Origin: Dimorphilus gyrociliatus
Taxonomy: Eukaryota; Animalia; Annelida
Length of the DNA stretch: 41,237 bases
Assembly (NCBI GenBank): GCA_904063045.1
Contig: CAJFCJ010000103.1
Coordinates: 29,957-71,193 of the forward strand
Direction of reading: 5' to 3'
Shown here: in pieces, positions 22,955 to 33,800 of the stretch
How positions within the stretch are numbered: position 1 is the first letter of the stretch
How the letters are laid out: each line of letters opens with the position of its first letter
The notes under the pieces: model-generated
Told to the model about the DNA's origin: nothing
Databases searched by the model: none
Seen by the model: the letters and a program-made list of their open reading frames with translations, nothing else
Position numbers and translations under genes: made by a program

Positions 22955-25155
22955 TGATTTGCATTTCTGATGATTTACAAGAGCATCATTGTTTACAAGA
23001 AATCAATGATAATTTCCTTTGTAATGATATGAAACAGAGAATTAACTTTCAACTTGTTTGCAATTTCCAAAGAGATTGTTTAGACGGTTCGGATGAGAAA
23101 GATTGTAGTAAGATGATAGAATCCTTTTTTTATAATTTTCACTAAATACAAATGAAAAATTTAGAATATTCAAAGTGTAAAAGTAATGAAAGGTTTGTTT
23201 GTTTATGAGATAATTTCATTCATACTCTAATAACTGTAATAGATATACATAACCACTGTTTACAAGGCGATGACGAAAATGATTGCAGTGAGTAGTCACT
23301 GATGGATAATACTAATAAAAAACTTATTGTCAGCAACCATTCACAACCAAATCTTTTTTAGATGATGAATTCTTTGCAAAAGGATTTTTTATGTGCTATA
23401 ATCATACCAAATTTTTAACTCATGATCAAATTTGTGATCAAATTATTGACTGTAGTGATGGTAGCGATGAAATTCTATGCAAAATTCCAATAATTTTATA
23501 TCCTGGTTACAATAGTTTGACAACTGCTCCTCATAGTCTATACTGTAACTTGAGCAATATTACGAAGAATCAAAAGTTAGCAAACAATACAATTAAAAAT
23601 GCAAACTATTTAAGAAAGATTACAATTACTGGTGAAATATCAAATATAAATCTACTACAAAATTCTACAAATTTAATCATTTTAAAAGTTATTAATAGCC
23701 CAAAATATTTTCAAAATAACCAAATAAATATTCCAAATTTAATTTCATTATCGCTCATTAAAAATCAAATCAAAAATAAATATTATATTTTAAATCAAAA
23801 TTATAAACTTTTATTAAATTTAACAATTTCAAAAAATCCAATTAATTCATTAAATTTTCTAAATAAACTCAAATGCACAAATCTACTTAATTTGGATGTT
23901 TCTTTTACGAAAATAATAACCCTAGCAAAAGTTGATTTTCTTGGATTAACAAAACTGCAAAGTTTAATTATGAGGAATTGTTTAATAAAAGAAATTGATA
24001 AATTGTTATTTAATCATCTAACAGAATTATTAATCTTAGATTTAACAAATACAGAAATTCCATACAATTATCAAACAAATCTAATCATTAATATTAAACA
24101 AATTGAGAAATTTTATAGCACAAATTCCAGACTTTGCTGTCTAATATGGAAATATGTTAATGATAAACTTCAATGTTCTTCGAAATATCAATATCCAAAT
24201 TGCTTAACAATTTTCAATTCAATTTTTGAAAGGGTTATTTACTGGATTATTGGTGCTATTGGAGTTTTTGGAAATATCTTTTCAATAATCCTGACACTAA
24301 GGTCGAAAGCTTCTTCAAAAAAATTTACACTATCATCCAAATTAAGTGGCTTAATGACATCACTATACTTTCTATTAGTAGCAATTATAGATTCCTACTA
24401 TCAGGAAACTTTTATTGAGTATGAAAAGAAATTCCTTCAAAGTATAACTTGCCAAACATTAGGATTTATTGCAACATTTTCATTGAGTTTGTCAATAAAA
24501 AGTATGCTGCTCATATCAATAGAAAGGCATACAGTTGTGATTAACCCTCTAAGACAGATGCAATTTCCAGCGAAACAATATATTTGGCTTGCAATTGCAA
24601 TAGTATTTTCTACATTTGAATCCATCTCTTTCATATTTGTAAATAAGGTGAAATAGTATAATATAAGTACCAGTTTTTACTAACCCATTTTTTTTCCTAT
24701 AAAATAAAGTACTACCATGGCAAAACTTCAAAATGTTTTTCAATGCCTATTCAGACTGCAAAAAAGCTACATTGGACAATTGCAATCTTTTTCTATGGAA
24801 TATTCAACCTTTCCATTAGTTGTATTATACTCATTCTATATGTTGATATTAATAGAACTGTGAGATCAGCAAAAAATGTAGGAAAGCTAATGGGGAAGAA
24901 AAAAGGTGAGAGAAAAATGAAATTAACAATTATTTTACTCTCAGTATGGGCTATTTTCACTTGGTCCCTTATTTCAACGCTAAGTAAATTGATGAGTGAA
25001 AAAAAATAATTCAAAACTTTTTAAATTTTTTAATTTTTAAATCTTTCATATCACATTTTAAATATTTATGGTTCAGTGATAGAGCTTACAGTTGGATAGT
25101 GTTTTTTATACTGTCATCAAATATGATTTTGGATTTAATAATTTTCTATTTATAG
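22955..25155 (+). CDS. Multi-exon LDLa-LRR-7TM GPCR (GRL101 / LGR type C-like)
   Basis: LDLa motifs CNFQRDCLDGSDEKDC, CLQGDDENDC and CDQIIDCSDGSDEILC, then LRRs. TM1 YWIIGAIGVFGN, TM3 CQTLGF...ISIERH..INPL. Phase-compatible introns include one ending at 23361 and 24648..24709. TM5/6 lie in 24743..24983 and the TM7-like segment WIVFFILSSN at 25081..25155. The last splice junction is not resolved. Confidence 0.85.
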
Positions 25156-26043
25156 GGAAACATTGCAACAATTTAAAGAATTTAAATTAGGCCTTTTAGG
25201 AGATAGGTAAAAAGTTTTATTAATCAATTAACACCTCTTATTCATCTTATTTTCACATTATCTTGAAAATTTAGAATTAATCTTATTGCAAATACAACTA
25301 AAGAAAATTTTCTAAAAGGTTATGTAACATTTCTGGTGCAAACACTAGAGAATATCAATGAATTTTTCTGTTATCTTTAATTGTATCTATTTGATTTCAG
25401 TTTCGATACTTTTACAAAATCAGAAAAAGAGTAATTTGATATTTACATATTTTAAAAGTTACTTTTCAATATCAATGAATGAAGAGACATATTTTCAAGA
25501 TAGTAAATATATTAAATGCTGCCAGAACATTGCAAATTCCATTCAAACTCTCCATAGTTTAAATTTTTCTTTGAGTGGTGAATTTTCTTTAGAAGATGTA
25601 TGCTTCAAGGTTTTCCTTTAATATTTTCCTTTTGCTTTCCTGTTGGTTAACAGTATTGACAAAATAAATTCAGGCTGAAGATAATATGTTCTTTTTATAT
25701 ATAAAAAAATTAACTTTTAAAACTGAGGAGAAAGGAGCAAAAGATATTCACCGTTTTGGCTTTATTGTAAGAAAATTACTTCAGAAGAGACAGCAGTATA
25801 TTTAATGATAATTAATGTATATTTTTTACCCTTAAAATACAAATTACTACAAATGCTACATAAACTATTTAAATTTCAAAATCAAAATTTAAAACAAAAA
25901 AAATGATGAAATATAAAAACATCCAATTTACTTTGCAGTTTTTTCCCTTTATTAATATATATAATATTGTGAGAAAGTGAGCTTTTATATCTGTGGTGAC
26001 AAGTACAATACTGTAGATACTTTGAGGTTTGCTTCTGATATCC

Positions 26044-26200
26044 AATCATCACTTTACAGTTGGCGAACTGTCTAATTCATGTTTATCTTTAGTAACAGGA
26101 TGTTACATGGTTCAACATTTAGGAAAGTTAATCGAATTATAGTTTGGCCAATTAAAGATGAGCCTTCAAGCTGACTAATCATGACCTGTATTTGGCCAAT
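26044..26200 (+). repeat. Diverged copy of the 16489..16660 repeat
   Basis: Shared blocks aatcatcac..tacagttgg, atgttaca..gttcaaca and repeated ttggccaa. Confidence 0.55.
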
Positions 26201-26912
26201 ATTATAGTATTTTCTTTTATAGGTGTTAAAATATACATGTATATGTTACATTCAATGTTGATAGGTAGTTAAAGTATGATTAGAGTAGTTCTGTAATTAA
26301 TGTTAAGTTCATTACATTCATTGGCAAGAATTTTATATCTGCACATGGGTGCTTGCATTTTGGTTAATATTCAAAAGCATTGTGCACACTATGCACGAAA
26401 TGCTATTGTTAAACATTCATTTAAATTAATTATTAGATAAAATACGATATTCAAAAATAACTAACCTGATTTATCAATGTATATTTGGTGTGAAACAATT
26501 GGAGTTGGTAGATAAATGTAAGGAAAAAAGACAGGAAAAAAGGAAAGAATGATAAGAATGAGCATCTTTCGAAGAACATTTTTAATATTTGAAAAAAGAA
26601 ATTGTATGATCCAGCTCTAAATATAGATAGTCCATTCCCTTTCTTATCATTATAATTTTCAACAAATAGAATATGTTCCATTCATAAAATATATAAAGTA
26701 ATTAAATATTTTATTAGGAAAAGTTTTTATATTCAATTAATCGAATTTTGTAATTGTTTGAATTCGAGAGAAAGAAACTCCATAAATCAATGGATTTTAC
26801 CCTAACACTAACCACTTTCCTTATTCCTAACTGTTAGAACAAATTTGATGAAATATAAATTGAAAACGAAGACTTATGATGGAAATGTACCTTGGTGCGA
26901 ATGTACCTAAGT

Positions 26913-26944
26913 GGGTGCAAACATATCTGGGTATGTTTGCACCC
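26913..26944. other. Perfect 13-bp stem / 6-nt loop hairpin followed by a T run
   Basis: gggtgcaaacata-tctggg-tatgtttgcaccc, then tttttt. Confidence 0.85.
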
Positions 26945-26970
26945 TTTTTTCCTTTATTTTACTATTGAAG

Positions 26971-27168
26971 TGGAAATGCTTTAAGATGTTAACTAGTCTG
27001 GAAATTGACCAATACAAAGTAAATAACAAGAAAAGCTTGAAAGAAAATAGAAATGAACCTGCTTTAGTTAAGGAATCAACATTGGAGGATGAAAATCCTG
27101 TTTATTCAGAAATCCAATCAAGGGATCTAGACTATTTTGAAGAAGTTGAGGCAAATGATAGTAATTAA
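26971..27168 (+). CDS. Possible terminal exon encoding an acidic cytoplasmic tail with an NPVYSEI tyrosine motif
   Basis: AG at 26969..26970 after a pyrimidine tract, then an open frame to TAA. Contains EDENPVYSEIQ. The parent gene is not identified. Confidence 0.4.
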   Translation, partial: WKCFKMLTSLEIDQYKVNNKKSLKENRNEPALVKESTLEDENPVYSEIQSRDLDYFEEVEANDSN

Positions 27169-28240
27169 GATAGTGATTTAATCACAAAGAATGATTTTAT
27201 TTTATTAAATGTTGAATAACCTTTTGTTGTTTAAATTAAATTAAATTGAATTAAAGTTTTGCATTTGCTTTCACATTCCATCTGGACATCAGCTGATCAT
27301 TGTAATAGAAACCACTTTTATTCATAATCAATGCCATTTCCAATGTTGTACAATGCTCTAGAATCATTTTGGATCAATGAAAAGGGTTGAGCAGCTAGAT
27401 GTAAACAACATTAGATAGAGCTTGTTTTAAAAAAGTCTGCAATATAGTAGAGATTTACGTTTCTCAGAGAAAATTTGCTGATTCGGCTTTATTGAATGCC
27501 ATTAAAGTTATCAAAGGTAACAATACTATGAGGATATATAAAATTAACTTGGTTTCAACTTGCTTTTTGCTTGAAAACGGCGAAGGATCCAACTCATATG
27601 TTTCCAATGTTCATTTTTAGTTGAATCATAGATTTAATTGTTGTAATTAAAATAAAATATTGATTTCACTTGACAACATTAAACTTCAAAACTTGAAAAA
27701 AACAAATATTTCAACATCCTACAAGTATTTGTTATTGGAAGCATGAAGAAATATTATAACATTATATCAAATTCCAATATTAATTTATAAACGTTTTAGT
27801 AAATTTTCTTTTGGTTGTTGTACCTAAAACACAATACTCTTGTTAAGTATTCATATTAAATAGTATTGATCTTAGTCTACGGTCTTCTAAAAAGCAGTGC
27901 AGTCCATGTTTTAGTAATACCTTTTTACAATCTATCCCTAGTTACAAATTATAAAGAATTTCATCATTTTAATAATAAAATTTGTTGAAATATTTGATAA
28001 AAATATAAAAATTTCACTACAGAAAAACACATCATTTAGCTCTTAAAATATATGAAAAGAATGTAAAACAAACAAAACACATTTTCAAAATGGCTCCCAA
28101 ACAATTACTCATTTGAGAAAATTGGCTTAGATATCCGATTTTAAAGCATTAATTTGAAAAGGGAATACAAATGAAGACAAACTTAATTGGCTAAAACTCT
28201 GTTTCACAATAAAAACAATAAATTTCTCAAAAATATAAAT

Positions 28241-30112
28241 ATGGGAAAGAGATTTTTAAGTATTTGTGAAGGACTTCACACATCATCAAACACTTTGAAA
28301 AATCTTCATTTTTGTTATTGTGATTTAAATGAAGAACAAAGTACACAAATTGGAAATCTGCTAAAGCATTGTTCCACAATAGAAACAATAAATCTGTCGA
28401 ACAGTAAAAATATGAGAAATGGATTATTGAATATTTGTGAAGGCCTTCAAACATCATCAAGCACTTTGAAAAATCTTAATTTAGATTTTTGTGATTTAAA
28501 TGAAGAACAAAGTACACAAATTGGAAATTTGATAAAACATTGTTCCACAATAGAAACAATAAATCTATCAAACAATGACAACATGAGAAATGGTTTTTTG
28601 GATATTTGTGAAGGCCTTCAAATGTCAGCAAGCCATTTAAAAAATCTGGAATTAGAATATTGTGATTTAAGTGAAAAACAAAGTGCAGAAATTGGTGATT
28701 TGCTACAACATTGTTCAGGAATAGAAAAAACAAAGGTATCAGGGAATAAAAATATGGGAAATAAATTTAGAAATATTTGTAAGGGACTTCAAATTTCATC
28801 AAACCATTTGAAAAAGTTGGAATTATTTGACTGTAATTTAAATGGAGAACAAAGTACAAGCATTGGAGATTTGCTAAAACATTGTTCCACAATAGAAACA
28901 ATTGAGCTATCATATAATAACATTATGAGAAATGGATTTATAAACATTTGTAAGGGACTTCAAATTTCATCAAACTCTTTGAGAAATCTTCATTTAGCTT
29001 ATTGTGATTTAAATGAAGAACAAAGTACAGAAATTGGAGAATTGCTGAAACATTGTTCCACAATAGAAGTAATTGATCTATCATTTAATAAAAATATGAG
29101 AAATGGATTTATAAATATTTGTGAAGGACTTCAAATGTCATCAAACACTTTGAAAAAGTTGGAATTTTTTGACTGTAATTTAAATGGAGAACAAAGTACA
29201 AACATTGGATATTTGCTAAATCATTGTTTTAGAATAGAAACAATAAATCTATCACACAATAAAAATATGAGAAATGGATTTTTGAATATTTGTGAAAGAC
29301 TTCAAATGTCATCAAACACTTTAAGATATCTTCATTTAGCTTATTGTGATTTGAACGAAAAACAAAGTACCAAAATTGGAGATTTACTAAAACATTGTTC
29401 CATAATAGAAACAATAAGTCTACCCAACAATAAAAACATGAGAAATGGGTTCGTGGTTATTTGTGAAGGACTTCAAAGGTCATCAAATACTCTGAAAAAT
29501 CCTTATTTTCCTTATTGTGATTTAAATGAAGAACAAAGTACAGAAATTGGAGATTTGCTGAAACATTGTTCTAGAATTGAAACAATAAATCTGTCAAACA
29601 GTAATAATATGAGAAATGGATTTTTGAATATTTGTGAAGGACTTCAAATGTCATCAAACACTTTGAAAAATCTTCATTTATGTTATTGTGATTTAAATGA
29701 AGAACAAAGTAAAGAAATTGGAGACTTGCTGAAACATTGTTTTAGAATAGAAACAATAAATCTATCACACAATAAAAATATGAGAAGTGGATTTTTGAGT
29801 ATTTGTGAAGGACTTCAAATGTCATCAAACACTTTAAAAAATCTTCTGTTGGCGTATTGTGATTTAAATGAAGAACAAAGTAGAGAAATTGGAGATTTGC
29901 TGAAAAATTGTTCTACAATAGAAACAATAAATCTATCAAATAATAACAACATGAAAAAAGGATTTGTGAATATTTATGAAGGATTTCAAATGTCAACAAA
30001 AACTTTGAAAAATCTTCAGTTAGATTCTTGTGACTTAAGTGAAGAACAAAATTTGGAAATTGTAAATTTGCTAAAAAATTGCTGCACAATAGAAACAGTA
30101 GATCTTTCATAG
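28241..30112 (+). CDS. LRR-only ORF: eleven 57-aa (171-bp) ribonuclease-inhibitor-type A/B units; possibly a truncated gene
   Basis: ATG at 28241, next unit ATG at 28412 (+171). Consensus MRNGFLNICEGLQMSSNTLKNLHLxYCDLNEEQSTEIGDLLKHCSTIETINLSxNKN. Degenerate out-of-frame repeat sequence precedes the ORF, and repeat-like codons (NDAMENG) continue after the TAG. Confidence 0.8.
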   Translation: MGKRFLSICEGLHTSSNTLKNLHFCYCDLNEEQSTQIGNLLKHCSTIETINLSNSKNMRNGLLNICEGLQTSSSTLKNLNLDFCDLNEEQSTQIGNLIKHCSTIETINLSNNDNMRNGFLDICEGLQMSASHLKNLELEYCDLSEKQSAEIGDLLQHCSGIEKTKVSGNKNMGNKFRNICKGLQISSNHLKKLELFDCNLNGEQSTSIGDLLKHCSTIETIELSYNNIMRNGFINICKGLQISSNSLRNLHLAYCDLNEEQSTEIGELLKHCSTIEVIDLSFNKNMRNGFINICEGLQMSSNTLKKLEFFDCNLNGEQSTNIGYLLNHCFRIETINLSHNKNMRNGFLNICERLQMSSNTLRYLHLAYCDLNEKQSTKIGDLLKHCSIIETISLPNNKNMRNGFVVICEGLQRSSNTLKNPYFPYCDLNEEQSTEIGDLLKHCSRIETINLSNSNNMRNGFLNICEGLQMSSNTLKNLHLCYCDLNEEQSKEIGDLLKHCFRIETINLSHNKNMRSGFLSICEGLQMSSNTLKNLLLAYCDLNEEQSREIGDLLKNCSTIETINLSNNNNMKKGFVNIYEGFQMSTKTLKNLQLDSCDLSEEQNLEIVNLLKNCCTIETVDLS

Positions 30113-30890
30113 AATGATGCTATGGAAAATGGAATTTTTAATACATTCAAAGGATTTTACCACAAAATTCATGTTCAATTTAGTTTTTACATACAGTATA
30201 TGCTTTATAGAGAATTATAGAACTCCATACTTTTTAGAATACTCAATAATAGCATTATGTACAATAGTTGTGTAGTTGTTAAGTTAGTTGGGTATCTTAG
30301 GAAATTGTGATTCACTGAAATATTAGTATAACTTGTGAAAGTTTATACTAATACTAATTAATAATTTTAAGCAAACACATACACACAATGAGTTGTAGAA
30401 CTAGAATGAATGATGACTAGGAGGTCTTTGGATGAAATACTGGTGCTTTGTTAATTAATTTCTACCGAAATTACATTCATAATGAAAATGATTTTTAATA
30501 TTTGGCATATCAAAATTCGAGGTGTTCCAATTTTCCTGTCATTTACTTTATTGAATTCTAACATTTTCATCAATGGTAACATCCTTAATAGTTACATCAA
30601 GTCCTGATTCTACAGCTTTTAGTGGATCACTTCCTTTGCAGTCTGGATTCCAATGGCCATATGCAGGTTAATATTTCTCATTAATTGTCTTTGGTTTGAC
30701 CCAAAAGATTTATTGGTGAGTTTATCCAGTCCAAATGACTTCTTATCTAATATTATAAATTATAATTAATTAAATTAAAAATTGGATTGGCTTATCCTAA
30801 AGGATGGCTTGTACATAAAATATGACAATTTACGCTTTCAGAAATGTGACTATTCCATACTATGTTGTAGCTTACTTAGAGGCTATTTCT

Positions 30891-33800
30891 TCACGTTGAT
30901 AAAATATTATCTTCCAAGAATTTGTTAGAATTTTGTAGAATTAGTTTATTTTTTTCTTCACTAAATTGATGACAGTTTAAATAGGGATCAACAGAAAAGA
31001 CCACAAATGATATTTTGTTATCTTGATTTCGGATTAAAAAATTGTTGTTGATTATTTTTAGACACTTTGAGGAAGAAATTATGGCTGTTAAATATTTATT
31101 AAATTCCTTATTACCAGTCAAATTCACCTCTCTGAGTGCTGTGCAACTCTTTATTAAACTATAGAAAACTAAGGCTTCCATTTTTGTTAAATTGCAGTGA
31201 GCTATGTTAATTTTTTTTAATACTTTTGATGATGATATAAGTGCTTGGAAAATCAAGTCAACATCTTGGTTTGATGACACATTTATATTTTCTATTGAAG
31301 AATGGTGCTCAAGTGCTTCTCTAAAATAAAAGGCAGTATCAATAGCAATTCCACATACTGATATATTAATGTCTTTAAGTTTTTTACATTTCAGTGACCT
31401 AAATATCTCATAAAATGCTTCCTTAATGTTTTTATTTCCTGACAGGTCCAGAGTTTTTATCTTTTCACATTTCTCAAGTGCTTTTCCAAACAATTCTGCT
31501 TGTGTTTTAGAAAGATTACAGTGAGACAAATTTATTTCTTTTAATGAGTTACCATTTGACCACTGTTGACATATAGATCGGAATCCGTCTCCCATTTCCT
31601 TGTTATTGGATAAATCTATAACTTCTAAAAATGGACAAACTTCTATTAACTCTTGTAGACTGTGAGCATCAATTTGATTTAGTTTACAATTAGAGAGTTT
31701 CAGACTTTTCAATTTTTTAGAACAGTTTTCAAAAATCTTTTCAAATTCATTGCCTAATTCTTCATTTTCAGAGAAATCAATGGTTTCTAATGAAGTACAT
31801 TGTTTCAATATTTTTGAAAGGGAATTTGCATCTCTTTTACTCAAGAAGCAGCTTATCAGTTTCATTTCACTTAATTTTGAAGAGGATGACTTTAATCCAT
31901 CACATATTGTTTCAAAAGCTTCTTCACCTAATCTATTATATGATAAATTAAGACTTTCTAATGAAGTACATTTTTTCAAAGTATCTCCAAGCCATTTTCC
32001 TTGTTTTTCAGTCAGATAACAATTTTTCAAGTTTATTTCTTTTATAAACTCCCATGATGAAGATATTCCATTGCAAATATTTTTAAATCTATCTCCCATT
32101 AATCTATTGTTAGATAAATCTAAACATTGTAGTGATGAGCAAGATTCTAGAAGAATTGCCTCTGTTTCATTTAAACAACAATATTTAAGGTATACTTTTC
32201 TTAAACTTTTAAAACAGTTGCTTCCAAACTTTCTTCCCAACTCTGCATTGTGATTTTCTGATAAATCTAAAATTTCCAGGCAAGAGCAACTTTGAATAAT
32301 TTTGTGAAGATTTTCAGCTTGTTTGACATTTAGACTGCATTGAACTAATTTTATTTGTTTTGGATGTTTTAAAGGAGTTTGCAATCCATCAGATGTTATC
32401 TGGAATATTTCTCCTATTTGTTTATTATGTTATAAATCAATATTTTCTAGTGCAGAACAATGTTTAAGTGTTTGTGCAAGAATTTTAATTTCCTGCTTAT
32501 TCAAAAAGCAGTTGGAAACATTGATATGAGTAATTTTTTGTGATGCTAGTCCTTCACAAACTGCATTAAATCTATCTCCCAACATTCTGTTGTTTGAAAA
32601 AATTAAAATTTTTAGTGAAGGACAATATTTTAAAACTTTTCCAATATCTTTCAGAGTCTGCTCTTTCAAATAACAATCCCTTATTTCCAATTGCTCTAAT
32701 TTCCACAAATAATTTGATAAGAGTGCATGATTTGAACCATAATCTGAAAAAACTGTATCATATATTATCAGTTTCTTTAAACCATCTGCCTTTGAGAAAA
32801 GCAATTCAAATAAAAGTTTAGTGTTGATATTTGTATTGACAATCTCTACCATTTCTAAGAACTCTCCAGTCTTTTCTATTAAAGTTTCCAGAATATAATT
32901 GTGAATGTCGTCATTTTCTAGAATCATGGTGTGACAGTCATCCGAATCTTGACATAAAATCTTTTTGACATTGTCACTACAATTGTACATTTTTAGTACC
33001 AGTTCAGAGTAGAGTATATATTATTAAATATGTCTTGCTTATGTTCTTTTATAAAGTCAATGACATTATAAATAGTGGAATTATTTGTTGTTCTCAATAA
33101 ATTATCCATAGTAGACATTAAATTTTTGACTTCATTTTCTTTATATTGCATTATATTTTCAGAAATTTTGCTGAAAAAAACTCTTGAAATGATAAATGAT
33201 AGAAATGTAGTTCTCTCTTATCAAATTCAGCTGGAATAATCTGCAATAAGCCTTGTAAACCCTCTTTAAAAAGTTTTTGATCAGTGCTATCTTTAGGTAA
33301 GATAATTTTGTTTTTAGCAAGATTCATGAAAGACAATTTACAAAGACGGTTTTGGTCGGTTTTATTTAACATTTTTCCATTCTTTATGCTTTCTCAACAA
33401 GATCTTCATAAATTTCATATAGAGATTTTTCACAAATATCTTCTTTTTCAATCCAAACATGAAAGACAATCATTGCCAAAATTGGAATTTTACACATCTT
33501 TTTAATGTTGGAATTATTATTTATAATCTTTTCAATAAAGTTTTTGCTTTTTTCCTTGGAAATAAAACACTTAGCAAAGAAATTTTCCATTTGATGAGGA
33601 TTCCACCCCATTAGCTCAAATGCAATATCACAGGTACTTTCAAATTCCTGTCCCTTCCATTTGCGAGACCATATTGCAGTAGGAATATTTGTTTTTTGTT
33701 GATTAAGGATATCATTGATTTGATGATTTTTTAAATGAAATTCATCTGCTCCTGCTAAAAGCAATATTACATCATTTCTTTTTTCAGTGAAAAATAATTC

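Noticed and set aside
30540-30750. Slightly GC-richer stretch with short - strand frames between the LRR array and the NLR pseudogene
   Set aside because: No motif recognised in any frame, and it is adjacent to repeat fragments.
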